Source of the DNA: Rhodobacterales bacterium
Lineage (GTDB): Bacteria; Pseudomonadota; Alphaproteobacteria; Rhodobacterales; Rhodobacteraceae
Assembly: GCA_038320125.1 (NCBI GenBank)
Contig: JBBQDX010000001.1
Location: 1-50,674 of the forward strand
Direction of reading: 5' to 3'
DNA length: 50,674 nt
Below are positions 20,076 to 29,661 of the stretch, piece after piece; the stretch's first letter is position 1, and every line of letters begins with the position of its first letter. The position numbers and the translations under genes were made by a program. The notes under the pieces were generated by a model. That model made no database searches, was not told where the DNA came from, and worked only from the letters and a program-made list of their open reading frames with translations.

Positions 20076-20524
20076 CCCGTCTCGGCCTGCATCGGATCGC
20101 GCGCGAAGTTCAGCCGCGAGGCGGCGCAGCGCGCGAACCGCAGCGTCAGGGCCTTGCGACGCGCGGCGGCGACAGGGCTCGCCTCAGGCATCCGCACCAC
20201 CTCCGCCCCGAAGGCGTCCGCGAGGATGAGGCCGGTTTCCGGCGGCAGCAAGTCCGTCGGAAAGGCCCGGTCCACCGCCCAGAAGTAACGGTCGGACCAT
20301 TCGAGGTATCCCTGCCATTTCACGTCGGCAACAAAATCGGCGCGGCTCGACTTGCACTCGACGACCCAGATCTCGCCCTTGGGGCCGACAGCCATGACGT
20401 CCACGCGCTTGCCGCGCTGCGGGCAGAATTCCTCGAGACACATGAAATCGAGGGCACGAAGGTGCCGCGCCACACCCCGCGCGAGCAATTGGCCGGGCAG
20501 GAGCGGGGCGATCGGCTGCGGCAT
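20072..20524 (-). CDS. mmcB: MmcB family DNA repair protein (PD-(D/E)XK nuclease)
   Basis: ARGVAR, RVDV, IWVVECKSSRADF..D.KWQGYLEW.DR; start set at ATG 20524. Confidence 0.88.
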   Translation of the reverse strand: MPQPIAPLLPGQLLARGVARHLRALDFMCLEEFCPQRGKRVDVMAVGPKGEIWVVECKSSRADFVADVKWQGYLEWSDRYFWAVDRAFPTDLLPPETGLILADAFGAEVVRMPEASPVAAARRKALTLRFARCAASRLNFARDPMQAETG

Positions 20525-20536
20525 GGGCGTCGATGT

Positions 20537-20551
20537 GAACGAAGGGTGCAC
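20537..20551. promoter_or_regulatory. Putative alphaproteobacterial LexA (SOS) box
   Basis: GAAC-N7-GCAC, one mismatch to GAAC-N7-GAAC, 12 bp upstream of the mmcB ATG. Confidence 0.55.
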
Positions 20552-20573
20552 AAAAGTCCAGACCGGCGTGGGC

Positions 20574-20602
20574 TTGCCGGACCGTCCGCGTGCGCCTAGA
20601 TT
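20574..20602 (+). promoter_or_regulatory. Putative sigma70 promoter of 6S RNA
   Basis: TTGCCG-N17-TAGATT just upstream of the predicted RNA 5' end. Confidence 0.65.
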
Positions 20603-20610
20603 GCTCCTAC

Positions 20611-20774
20611 GGCGCTTCTGTGCTTCCCGTCACCAGGGCATAATTCCAGTGGCCTTAAGCAAATCCGAGGGAGCTGGCTCTGTTGCGGCCCTGGCTGCGT
20701 TATCCGGCGCCCACCTGTAAATACAGGTCCTCGGGAATACATGTCCGACGGTTGCCGTGGTTCGCCGGAGCGTC
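20611..20774 (+). ncRNA. ssrS: 6S RNA
   Basis: Contains GGCCTTAA..GGGAGCTG..GGCGCCCACCT..AGG..GACGGT blocks typical of alphaproteobacterial 6S; ends pair (GGCGCTTC / GGAGCGTC); flanked by a promoter and a hairpin. Ends approximate. Confidence 0.8.
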
Positions 20775-20795
20775 CCGACCGAAAGGTCGGGGCGC
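20770..20795 (+). terminator. GC-rich hairpin between 6S RNA and the convergent hydrolase gene
   Basis: GCGTCCCGACC-GAAA-GGTCGGGGCGC; no strong U-tract. Confidence 0.55.
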
Positions 20796-20875
20796 GTCTG
20801 ACTGCATCGATGATTTTCGACGGCCGTCGCGCGTCTGCCGGCCCCGACCGGTCATTGGCGGCGGGCGGACGCCCG

Positions 20876-21607
20876 TCAGGTCACATCCGTCCAGAATCCG
20901 TTCAGCATGTCGGCGAGTGCTTCCGGCACCTCCATCGGGATCATGTGCCCCCGCCCCAGCCGCGTCACACGCGCGCCTTGAAGGCGTGCGGCCAGCCCCT
21001 CCGCGATGCCGGCGACGATCGGAAGCGGGTCGGTGCGCGTCACGATCATCACCCGGGGCGCCCCAGCGGGCAGGCGCGGCAGGATGTCGTGCACGTCCTC
21101 CATGATGCCCGGCCCGCTTTGCGCGACGAGGTGGATGCGGGCGCGGATCGCGGTTCGGGTGCGCTCGGGCACCTTGTCCCAGGGCGTGCCGTCGCCCCAG
21201 AGCGCCGTGAAGACCCGTGCCGCGGCATCCCGGTCGCCGGCTCGCAGCGCCGCGTCGCATGCCTCCATCCGTCTCGCCTCGGAGGCTTGCAGGCCGGGAT
21301 CGGCGGCCGCGAACATCACCGGCTCCACCAGCGTCAGGCTGCGGACGCGCCCCGGATGGTCGACCAGCAAGCGCAGCGCGAGACAGCCGCCATAGCTGTG
21401 GCCGACCACGTCGAAGAGACCGTCCGGGGACGCGTCCAGCACCAGTTCGAGTGCGACGTCCATGAACGGGACGCCCTCCGCGCTCGCGGCACGGCCGTGG
21501 CCGGGCAGATCCGGGCAGATCAGCCGCGCGGCGGGGAGCGCCGCCTGAACGCCGCGCCAGGCCGCGCTCGACGCCAGCATGCAGTGCAGCGCGAGGACCT
21601 GCCTCAA
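20876..21607 (-). CDS. Alpha/beta fold hydrolase
   Basis: LHCMLA, PDLPGHG, GHSYGG nucleophile elbow, GHMIP; TTG start overlapping the upstream stop. Confidence 0.88.
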   Translation of the reverse strand: MRQVLALHCMLASSAAWRGVQAALPAARLICPDLPGHGRAASAEGVPFMDVALELVLDASPDGLFDVVGHSYGGCLALRLLVDHPGRVRSLTLVEPVMFAAADPGLQASEARRMEACDAALRAGDRDAAARVFTALWGDGTPWDKVPERTRTAIRARIHLVAQSGPGIMEDVHDILPRLPAGAPRVMIVTRTDPLPIVAGIAEGLAARLQGARVTRLGRGHMIPMEVPEALADMLNGFWTDVT

Positions 21608-22194
21608 GCCGCCGCCAGATGCGCGTCGAGATCGGCGATGCGGTCCTGTCCCCAGAACAACGCGCCCTCCGCCACGAAGGTCGGCGCGCCGAAGACGCCT
21701 GCCGCGACCGCCTCCTCGAGGTTGCGGGCGTAGGTCTCGGCCCCGTCCATCATGCCGCGGTCCTTCAGGCCTGCGTCGAACCCCGCCGCCGTCAGGCAAT
21801 CGGCAATGACCTCGTCGTCGGCGATATCGCGCTCCTCGGCCCAGCAGGCCCGCGTCAGCCCCGCGACCAGCGCCGCCACGTCGCCGGAGCCGTCCCGGGC
21901 GGCGGCGATGATGGCATAGGAGGACGGCGCGGGGTTGGTGGGCCAATGCGCGGGTTTCGGGTTGACCGGCATCGCGAGCTTCGCCGCTGCCCGCCCGATC
22001 TCGCTCAGGCGATGCGCCTGCCGGCTCTCGTGGCGATCGCGCGGCGGAATGCCCCCGGTGCGCGCGAAGAGGCTCATGATATCGAGCGGCTTGTAGACCA
22101 GCGTGGCCCCGTGCCGGGCCGCGACCTCGGCCGGGCGCGTGCCCGCGAGGTAGGTGAAAGGCGAGATTGTGGCAAAGTAGTAGTCGATCTGCAT
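21604..22194 (-). CDS. 2-hydroxychromene-2-carboxylate isomerase / kappa-GST DsbA-family protein
   Basis: [29 protein letters not shown]. Confidence 0.88.
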   Translation of the reverse strand: MQIDYYFATISPFTYLAGTRPAEVAARHGATLVYKPLDIMSLFARTGGIPPRDRHESRQAHRLSEIGRAAAKLAMPVNPKPAHWPTNPAPSSYAIIAAARDGSGDVAALVAGLTRACWAEERDIADDEVIADCLTAAGFDAGLKDRGMMDGAETYARNLEEAVAAGVFGAPTFVAEGALFWGQDRIADLDAHLAAA

Positions 22195-22462
22195 GGAACG
22201 CTCCTGCGGAGGTTGGAAGTCCGTCGTCGCGCCTGTCCTAGCCGCAGGGACGCCCGTGTCGCAATGGCCGGACCCGCGGAGCCCCGTCGTGACGACCGCG
22301 CCGCGGTGCCGTGTGGTGCAGGGCCGCCGCCGCGCCGGAAGTGTCATGCGCGATGCCGCGACGACACGATCGCATCGCCGCACCGCCGCGGGCGTTGGAG
22401 CCGCCCGCGGCCAGGTGATAGGCGGATGCCATCGCCCCCGTGCCGATTCGTTAGGACCGCCA

Positions 22463-23488
22463 ATGCCCAGCCCCGACCCGAAGATCATCTCCGGCAACGC
22501 GAACAGGCCGCTGGCCAACGCCATCATCCGGCGGATGTCGATGCACCGGGGCATGAAGATGGGCCTGGTCGACGCGCGGGTCGAGCGATTCAACGATCAG
22601 GAGATCTTTGTCGAGGTCTTCGAGAACGTTCGCGGCGAGGACATGTTCATCGTCCAGTCCACGTCAAACCCGGCCAACGACAACCTGATGGAGCTGCTCA
22701 TCATCTCGGACACGCTGCGCCGGTCGTCGGCCAGCCGGATCACCGCCGTCATCCCCTACTTCGGCTATGCCCGGCAGGACCGCCGCACCAAGGCCCGCAC
22801 GCCGATCAGCGCCAAGCTGGTGGCGAACCTGATCGCCAATTCGGGCATCGAGCGGGTCCTGACGATGGACCTGCACGCGGCGCAAATCCAGGGTTTCTTC
22901 GACATCCCGGTGGACAACCTCTATGCCTCGCCGATCTTCGCGCTCGACATCATGCATCATTTCAAGGGGCGCATGGACGAGCTGATGATCGTCTCCCCCG
23001 ATGTTGGCGGCGTGGCCCGCGCGCGCGAGCTGGCGCAGCGCCTCGACGCGCCGCTCGGGATCGTGGACAAGCGGCGCGAGAAGGCGGGCGAGGTCACGGA
23101 GATGACGGTGATCGGCGACGTGTCGGGCAAGACGGTCGTGATCGTCGACGACATCTGCGACACCGCCGGGACGCTCTGCAAGGCGGCCGACGTGCTCGTC
23201 GAGGCGGGCGCCACCGAGGTCCATGCCTATATCACCCACGGCGTGCTCTCGGGTCCGGCGGTGGAGCGCATTCCGGCGTCGCGCCTCAAGTCGCTGGTCA
23301 TCACCGATTCCATTGCCCCCACGCCCGAGGTGCTGGGTTGCGCCAACATCCGCATCGTGCCCACCGCGCCGATGCTGACGCAGGCGATCCTCAACATCTG
23401 GAACGGCACGTCGGTGTCGTCGCTCTTCGACACGGCGACGCTGGAGCCGATCTACGAGCCTCTCTACCCGGGCCTGGCGTTCGGCTGA
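22463..23488 (+). CDS. prs: Ribose-phosphate pyrophosphokinase
   Basis: [38 protein letters not shown]. Confidence 0.97.
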   Translation: MPSPDPKIISGNANRPLANAIIRRMSMHRGMKMGLVDARVERFNDQEIFVEVFENVRGEDMFIVQSTSNPANDNLMELLIISDTLRRSSASRITAVIPYFGYARQDRRTKARTPISAKLVANLIANSGIERVLTMDLHAAQIQGFFDIPVDNLYASPIFALDIMHHFKGRMDELMIVSPDVGGVARARELAQRLDAPLGIVDKRREKAGEVTEMTVIGDVSGKTVVIVDDICDTAGTLCKAADVLVEAGATEVHAYITHGVLSGPAVERIPASRLKSLVITDSIAPTPEVLGCANIRIVPTAPMLTQAILNIWNGTSVSSLFDTATLEPIYEPLYPGLAFG

Positions 23489-24627
23489 TGCCTTGGGTGG
23501 ACGAGGACAGCATCCTGCTCGCGACCTCCGCGATGCGCGAGAAAGGTGCGGCGTCGCTGGCGCGCGGCGACTGGGCCGAGGTCGAGGCGCTGTCTCGGGC
23601 GGCCTACCGCATCGCCATCGGCAGCACCGGCGACGAACATGTGAACCACGCCCGCGTCGGGGTCGCGCCGACCCCCGCGATCGAGATGGCGGACGTGACG
23701 CTGCATCTGTGCACCAACATGGTGGAGGCAAAGGACAGTGCGGGCGTCCTGATCCCCGGCTGGCACGGCGATCCGGGGGTGCTCGACCACCACCGATATC
23801 GCATCTTCGCCCACGACGGGGCCGAGGCGATGGCGCTCCTGCCTGTAAGACGGGCCGCCGACGACCTGTCGGTCGTCGACCTCACCCACGTCTGGGAGAG
23901 AAACTGGTTCCACTTTCTGATCGAGGTCTGCGGCCGGCTGGCCGGGCCCGATGCCGTCCCTGAGGGCACGCGCCTCCTGGTGAACAACACCGTTCTGCAG
24001 GGTTCCTACGGCGAGGCGCTCGCCATTCTCGCGGGCGAAGCCGCGGCAAGAGCCATTCCCACCGGGCACTGGGGTCGGATCGGCTGCCGCCGCCTGATCC
24101 AGCCGAAGGGGTGCTGGACGCCGGGCCATTACCACGACGATCCCGCGCGACAATCGGCGAACGACCCGGTCATGCACGACCCGGCCGCGGCGCAGGCGTT
24201 CTTCGCACGCGCCCGGCCCGACCGCGCGGCGGAAGGCCTGCGCGTCGTGCTGCGCCGTGCACCCGGCGGACGCGCGCGCTGCGTCAACGAGGATGCGATG
24301 ATCGAGGCGTTCGAGGCGCGCGGCTTCGTCACTGCCCGCCCGGAGACGCTGGGGTTCCGGGAGCAGGCGGCGTTGTTCTATGACGCCGACGTCGTCGCGG
24401 GCGTATCCGGCGCGGCCTTCGCCAACATCGCATTCTGCCGGCCCGGCACCCGCGTCGTCTGCGCCCGCTCCGCCGAAAGCGGCTCCCTCACCTACGCCGC
24501 CCTGGGGCAAGGCTTCGATCTCGACGTCCGGTTGCACGACGCGGCGGTCGTTCGGGCCGGAGCGGTGCGCGACTATGCAACCTTCGCGGTCGACATCGAC
24601 GCGATGCTGGAGGCGGCTCTCGGCTGA
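23488..24627 (+). CDS. Glycosyltransferase family 61 (DUF563)-like protein
   Basis: NWFHFLIE, R..NED, PE.LGFREQAALF..ADVVAGVSGAAFANIAFCRPG; ATG overlaps the prs stop. Confidence 0.75.
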   Translation: MPWVDEDSILLATSAMREKGAASLARGDWAEVEALSRAAYRIAIGSTGDEHVNHARVGVAPTPAIEMADVTLHLCTNMVEAKDSAGVLIPGWHGDPGVLDHHRYRIFAHDGAEAMALLPVRRAADDLSVVDLTHVWERNWFHFLIEVCGRLAGPDAVPEGTRLLVNNTVLQGSYGEALAILAGEAAARAIPTGHWGRIGCRRLIQPKGCWTPGHYHDDPARQSANDPVMHDPAAAQAFFARARPDRAAEGLRVVLRRAPGGRARCVNEDAMIEAFEARGFVTARPETLGFREQAALFYDADVVAGVSGAAFANIAFCRPGTRVVCARSAESGSLTYAALGQGFDLDVRLHDAAVVRAGAVRDYATFAVDIDAMLEAALG

Positions 24628-24665
24628 CCCTGTTCGCGGAGCTGCGCCGCCTGTAGGGACGGCGG

Positions 24666-25799
24666 ATGACCTTCGAGATCTTCCTGATGGCCGCCCCTGG
24701 GCTCGAGTCCTTCGTCGCCGACGAGGCGCGCGCGGCGGGCTTCGCCGACCCCGTCCCGGTGCCCGGCGGCGTCGTCACGCGGGGCTGCTGGCCCGAGGTC
24801 TGGCGGGCCAACCTGGTCCTGCGCGGCCCCGGCCGGGTGCTGGCGCGGATCGGTGCATTCCGTGCTTTCCACCTGGCCCAGCTCGACAAGCGGGCGCGAA
24901 AGTTCCCTTGGGGCGACGTGCTGCGGACGGACGTGCCGGTGCGCGTCGAGGTGGCGACGAACCGCAAGTCGAAGATCTATCATGCGGGTGCGGCGCAGCA
25001 GCGGATCGAGACGGCGCTGGCCGAGGAGCTCGGCGTCGCGATCGCGAGCGGAGCGGACGTCGAAGGCGCGGTGACGCTGCGCGCCCGCATCGACGACAAC
25101 CTCGTGGTGCTCAGCGTCGACACTTCGGGCGAGAACCTGCACAAACGCGGTCACAAGGCGGCTGTCGGCCGCGCGCCCTTGCGCGAGACGATGGCGGCGA
25201 TGTTCCTGCGCGCCTGCGCCTTCGACGGGCGCGAGCCTGTCCTCGACCCGATGTGCGGCTCGGGCACCTTCGTGATCGAGGCGGCGGAGATCGCGGCGGG
25301 CCTGCTGCCGGGCCGGTCGCGCGATTTCGCGTTCGAGCGGCTGGCGAGCTTCGAGGCGCAGGCCTGGGAAACGCTGCGCGCGGCTTGCATCGCCGGGGCG
25401 TCCGTCCCTGCCCCCGACGACGTCCGCTTTCACGGCTCCGACCGGGATGCCGGCGCGTTCACCGCGGCGCGGGCAAATGCCGAACGCGCCGGCGTGGCGC
25501 AGATGATCTCCTTCGAGAAATGCGCCGTCGGGGATATCGCCCCGTCCGAAGGTCCGCCCGGCCTCGTCATCGTGAATCCTCCCTATGGTCAGCGCATCGG
25601 GCAGAAGGCGTCGCTCTACGGTCTATACGGCGCTCTTGGGGGAGCGCTGAGATTGCGGTTTCGCGGCTGGCGCGTCGGCATCGTCACCACGGAGGCTGCG
25701 CTGGCCCAGGCGACGGGCCTGCCGCTCCTGCCCCCCGGCCCCCCCGTCGCGCATGGCGGCCTGCGCGTGCGCCTGCACCGGACGGAGCCGCTGCCCTGA
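24666..25799 (+). CDS. THUMP-domain class I SAM-dependent RNA methyltransferase (RlmL-like)
   Basis: SG.NLHKRG, APLRETMAA, DPMCGSGT, NPPYG. Confidence 0.92.
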   Translation: MTFEIFLMAAPGLESFVADEARAAGFADPVPVPGGVVTRGCWPEVWRANLVLRGPGRVLARIGAFRAFHLAQLDKRARKFPWGDVLRTDVPVRVEVATNRKSKIYHAGAAQQRIETALAEELGVAIASGADVEGAVTLRARIDDNLVVLSVDTSGENLHKRGHKAAVGRAPLRETMAAMFLRACAFDGREPVLDPMCGSGTFVIEAAEIAAGLLPGRSRDFAFERLASFEAQAWETLRAACIAGASVPAPDDVRFHGSDRDAGAFTAARANAERAGVAQMISFEKCAVGDIAPSEGPPGLVIVNPPYGQRIGQKASLYGLYGALGGALRLRFRGWRVGIVTTEAALAQATGLPLLPPGPPVAHGGLRVRLHRTEPLP

Positions 25800-25906
25800 T
25801 GCTGTCGGGCACAAGGCAAGCCGATGGGGTTGCGGTCCGGACCAGACCGCATCGAAGGCCTGCTCGTCCGATCCGGATGAACGAGCACCTCGGCTGCAAC
25901 GGTGCC

Positions 25907-26896
25907 TCAGGGTTGAAGGCAGTCGGCCAGGCCTTGCCCAAGCTGCCGAAGCAGGTCCGGATAGAGCGACGGCCCCGGCGCGAGGGTCGAGCCCAGAGGA
26001 TCGATCACCGCGGATCGTGCCTTCGTGCCATCGAGGACGGTGTCGACCAGATCCGGATTGAATTGCGGCTCGGCCAGCACGCAGGTCACCTTCGCATCGG
26101 CGACGCGGCGATGGATCTCCTCGACGCGCGCCGGGCTCGGCCTCGCCGCATCGCTGAGGGAGATGGCGCCGGCGGCGGGAAAAGCGAAGGCTCGCTCGAA
26201 ATACTGGTAGGCGTCGTGGAAGACCACGAAGCTGCCGCCGCGCAGCGGTTCGAGGATGCCCTCGAGATCCCCGGCAAGCGCCGCAAGCTCGGCGTGACCG
26301 GCTGCGGCATTCGCTTCGTAGGCGCCGGCATGACCGGGGTCGGCCTTGGTCAGCGCAGCGGCGACGGCGTCCAGCCAGACCATCGCATTCCCCGGATCGA
26401 GCCAGGCATGGGGGTCGAGCGTCCCGTGTTCATGTCCTGCATGGGCATCCGCATCACCGGCCGCAGGGTCGCCCTCCGCAGCCTCGAGGTCGGACCCGTC
26501 CTCCCCGTCGTGGTCGTCCGCGTCAAAGAGCGCGCCCTCCCGCAGCGCCAGTTCGGTCGTCCCCTCCACCTCCAGAAGTCCGATCGTCACGGCCTGCGGT
26601 GCGAGCGTCTCGATTGCGCCTGCCAGCCAGGGCGTAAGCTCCGGACCGATCCAGATGACGATATCCGCCTGCTGCAAGGCGCGCGCCTCGGAGGGGCGCA
26701 AGGCATGGCTATGCGGCGTCGCACCGGGCGGCAGGATCAGGTCGGGCTCGCCGACGCCCGCCATCACGCGGGCGACGAGCGAATGCACGGGCGCGATGTC
26801 GACCGCAACCGATGGCACATCGGCGAGGGCCGCGCCGCCGGACGCGAGGATCGTGGCGGCGAGGCCGGTCGTGAAGGGAAGCAGGCTTCTGGACAT
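25907..26896 (-). CDS. znuA: Zinc ABC transporter substrate-binding protein
   Basis: Signal peptide, PGATPH, DPHAWLDP, FHDAYQYF; GGAG RBS before ATG 26896. Confidence 0.93.
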   Translation of the reverse strand: MSRSLLPFTTGLAATILASGGAALADVPSVAVDIAPVHSLVARVMAGVGEPDLILPPGATPHSHALRPSEARALQQADIVIWIGPELTPWLAGAIETLAPQAVTIGLLEVEGTTELALREGALFDADDHDGEDGSDLEAAEGDPAAGDADAHAGHEHGTLDPHAWLDPGNAMVWLDAVAAALTKADPGHAGAYEANAAAGHAELAALAGDLEGILEPLRGGSFVVFHDAYQYFERAFAFPAAGAISLSDAARPSPARVEEIHRRVADAKVTCVLAEPQFNPDLVDTVLDGTKARSAVIDPLGSTLAPGPSLYPDLLRQLGQGLADCLQP

Positions 26897-26906
26897 CGGA
26901 TACTCC

Positions 26907-26923
26907 ATGTGATTTTATAACAT
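26907..26923. promoter_or_regulatory. Zur box
   Basis: AT-rich near-palindrome ATGTGATTTTATAACAT between the divergent znuA and zur-znuCB. Confidence 0.8.
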
Positions 26924-26954
26924 ATCAACTATCGAATAATCGAGCGGGGAGCCC

Positions 26955-27470
26955 ATGACAAGCGCGGGCGACAGGAGCCGGCAGGCGGTGGAGGACACCG
27001 GGTTCGCAAGCCACGATCATGCGTGGTGCATCGCCGACGCGATCTCGGCGGCGGAGACGCATTGCGCTGCGCAGAAGGTGCGGTTCACGCCCGTCCGCCG
27101 CCGCGTCCTCGAGATCCTGGTGCAGGAGCATCGGGCGCTGGGGGCCTATGACATCCTCGACCGCCTGCGGCACGAGGGCCTCGGGTCGCAGCCGCCCATC
27201 GCCTATCGGGCGCTGGAGTTCCTGGTGCGGCACGGCTTCGTGCACCGGATCGAGCGCCTGAATGCCTTCGTCGCCTGCGCGCATCCGGGGCAGGTCCATG
27301 CGCCCGGCTTCATGATCTGCCGCCGCTGTGCGACCGTTGCCGAAACCCGCGCCGCGCCGTCGGACGGGGCGCTCGGCGCGGCCGCCCTCGCCGCCGGCTT
27401 CCAGATCGAACGCACGGTCCTCGAGGCGGAAGGCCTCTGTCCCGCCTGTCAGGACGCCGTGCCGGAATGA
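26955..27470 (+). CDS. zur: Zinc uptake regulator (Fur family)
   Basis: TPVRRRVLE, AYDIL, PPIAYRALEFL, HRIERLNAFVAC.H, two CxxC motifs. Confidence 0.93.
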   Translation: MTSAGDRSRQAVEDTGFASHDHAWCIADAISAAETHCAAQKVRFTPVRRRVLEILVQEHRALGAYDILDRLRHEGLGSQPPIAYRALEFLVRHGFVHRIERLNAFVACAHPGQVHAPGFMICRRCATVAETRAAPSDGALGAAALAAGFQIERTVLEAEGLCPACQDAVPE

Positions 27471-28240
27471 GCCTCGTCTGCCTCCGGGCCGTCACCGTGC
27501 GCCTTGGCGCGACAACCGTGCTGCGCGACGTGGACCTCCGCGTCGAGCCGGGCGAGATCGTCACCATCGTCGGCCCGAACGGATCGGGCAAGACGACGCT
27601 GCTGCGGGCGATCGTCGGGGCGGTCACGCCGACCGCCGGCACCATCGAGACCGCTCCCGGGTTGAGGGTCGGCTACGTGCCGCAACGGCTCCATATCGAA
27701 CCGACACTGCCGATGACGGTCGCGCGGTTTCTCGGTCTGCCCAGGCGGCTCGACCACGACATCTGCCGCGCGGCGCTGGTCGGCGCGGGCGTGCCCGACT
27801 TGCTCGATCGGCAGATGTCGGCATTGTCGGGCGGTCAGTTCCAGCGCGTGCTGCTGGCACGCGCGCTCGTCGGCAGGCCGCAGCTCCTGCTTCTCGACGA
27901 GGCGACACAGGGGCTGGACCAGCCTGGTTCTGCCGCGTTCTATCGCCAGATCGAGGACGTCCGCGGCAGCCTCGGGTGCGCGGTCCTGATGATCAGCCAC
28001 GACCTGCACGTCGTCATGAGCGCCTCGGATCGCGTGATCTGTCTCAATGGCCACGTCTGCTGCGAGGGGGCACCGGAAACGGTCGCATCGGCTCCGGAAT
28101 ATCGCGCCCTGTTCGGCAGCGGCACGATGGGCGCGCTTGCGCTCTACCGCCACGACCACGACCACCGCCATCACGACCACCGCCACGACCACGACCATGA
28201 CCATGACCGTAACCACGAAACGACGGACGTGGCGGGGTGA
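27467..28240 (+). CDS. znuC: Zinc ABC transporter ATPase with His-rich tail
   Basis: GPNGSGKT, LSGGQ, LLLDE, CLNGHVCCEG, C-terminal HDH repeats. Confidence 0.94.
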   Translation: MSLVCLRAVTVRLGATTVLRDVDLRVEPGEIVTIVGPNGSGKTTLLRAIVGAVTPTAGTIETAPGLRVGYVPQRLHIEPTLPMTVARFLGLPRRLDHDICRAALVGAGVPDLLDRQMSALSGGQFQRVLLARALVGRPQLLLLDEATQGLDQPGSAAFYRQIEDVRGSLGCAVLMISHDLHVVMSASDRVICLNGHVCCEGAPETVASAPEYRALFGSGTMGALALYRHDHDHRHHDHRHDHDHDHDRNHETTDVAG

Positions 28241-29034
28241 TGCTCGACGATTTCATGGTCCGCGCCACGCTCGCCGGCCTCGGTGTCGCGCTGGCGGCCG
28301 CGCCGCTGGGCTGTTTCGTGGTGTGGCGGCGCATGGCGTATTTCGGCGACGCCACGGCCCATGCGGCGATCCTCGGCGTCGCGCTGGCGCTGGCGCTTTC
28401 GGTCTCGGTTTTCGCCGGGGCCATGGCAGTGGCGCTGCTGATGGCGCTGACGGTCAGCCTGCTGTCCGATCGCGGCTTCGCCATGGACACCCTCCTGGGC
28501 GTCCTCGCCCACTCCGCGCTCGCCTTCGGGCTTGTCGCGGTGTCTTTCCTGACCGGCATCCGGATCGACCTCATGGCCTATCTCTTCGGAGACATCCTGG
28601 CCGTGTCACGTGGCGATCTCGGCGTCATCTGGGCGGGCGCGGCGCTCGTGGTCGCCCTGATCGGCTGGCGCTGGTCCGCACTTCTGACGGCGACATTGGA
28701 CACCGATCTTGCCCATGCGAGCGGCATCGATCCCAGGCGGGAGCAACTCGTGCTGACGCTGTCGCTCGCCATCACGGTCGCCGTCGCGATCAAGGTCGTC
28801 GGCGTGCTGCTGATCGCCGCCCTGCTGATCGTCCCCTCGGCCGCGGCCCGTCCGCTGAGCCGGACGCCGGAAGGCATGGCGCTGATCGCCGCCGCCATCG
28901 GCGGGCTCTCCGCCGTCGTGGGCCTCCGGGCCGCCTACATGTTCGACACCCCCGCCGGCCCCTCCATCGTCTGCGTCGCCGCCATCATCTTCGCGCTCAC
29001 CAGTGCCTGGGGCGGATTCCGAAAGAAGGCCTGA
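28240..29034 (+). CDS. znuB: Zinc ABC transporter permease
   Basis: GCFVVWRRMAYFGDA..H, YLFGDIL, DTPAGPSIV. Confidence 0.94.
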   Translation: MLDDFMVRATLAGLGVALAAAPLGCFVVWRRMAYFGDATAHAAILGVALALALSVSVFAGAMAVALLMALTVSLLSDRGFAMDTLLGVLAHSALAFGLVAVSFLTGIRIDLMAYLFGDILAVSRGDLGVIWAGAALVVALIGWRWSALLTATLDTDLAHASGIDPRREQLVLTLSLAITVAVAIKVVGVLLIAALLIVPSAAARPLSRTPEGMALIAAAIGGLSAVVGLRAAYMFDTPAGPSIVCVAAIIFALTSAWGGFRKKA

Positions 29035-29419
29035 TCCACAGAAAGCCTTCACAACTCGGGGGCGTTGCCCTTGCCGAAGACCGCATGGGTCAAGGCTGCG
29101 ACTGCGGCTATGGAACCGCGCGCAGGACCATTCGGGCAGATGGCATATCAAGTTCGCCGGTTAGCGAAGGACGCCGCTAAGGAGTGCGCGCCGAGCAAGA
29201 AGCGCGCGACACGATCGGCGAGCAGGTCCGTCCGCCCCCGTCTTCCATCTGGATCGGTTTCGCGTGAGGCTTTCACGCAAGAGCGACGGAACATCGTCCC
29301 TCCCACCTCCCGATGGGCGGACGGCAGATCACGGTTCGAGTTCGATCTTTAGGGGCGACATCAACCATCGACCGATCTGCGGCAAAAGCCGACCGACCTG
29401 GCAATCTGCGGATGATCCT

Positions 29420-29496
29420 TGGTGCGCTGGGGAGGATTCGAACCCCCGGCCCCTTGATTCGTAGTCAAGTGCTCTATCCAACTGAGCTACCAGCGC
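29420..29496 (-). tRNA. tRNA-Arg (ACG)
   Basis: GCGCTGGTAGCTCAGTTGGATAGAGCACTTGACTACGAATCAAGGGGCCGGGGGTTCGAATCCTCCCCAGCGCACCA. Confidence 0.97.
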
Positions 29497-29508
29497 ATCA
29501 CGTTGGCG

Positions 29509-29537
29509 CAGATAGCCGTCGCAACCGCAGCGTGCAA
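29509..29537 (-). promoter_or_regulatory. Putative sigma70 promoter of tRNA-Arg
   Basis: TTGCAC-N17-TATCTG; same -35 as the tRNA-His promoter. Confidence 0.6.
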
Positions 29538-29661
29538 GGGGAGATTTGGGCGCCCGATCGGGCCTGCGCCGCGCCGCTTTCTCGTATCGGTGCTCCGGTC
29601 CGGACTGTCGGACCGCCACGGGCTACGGATCGGGGCGGCGCCCCTGGCGCAGCGCTGCGGC

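Noticed and set aside
21619-24627. 1002-aa ORF suggesting a giant protein
   Set aside because: Only the last 379 codons (GT61-like) are credible; the rest is an off-frame shadow over prs and antisense to the isomerase gene, typical of high-GC DNA.
28148-28216. CACGAC/CATGAC short tandem repeats
   Set aside because: They encode the ZnuC His-Asp tail; not a CRISPR array or an independent repeat.
29032-29040. TGATCCACA DnaA-box-like 9-mer
   Set aside because: Single copy overlapping the znuB stop; the same 9-mer occurs by chance inside tRNA-His.
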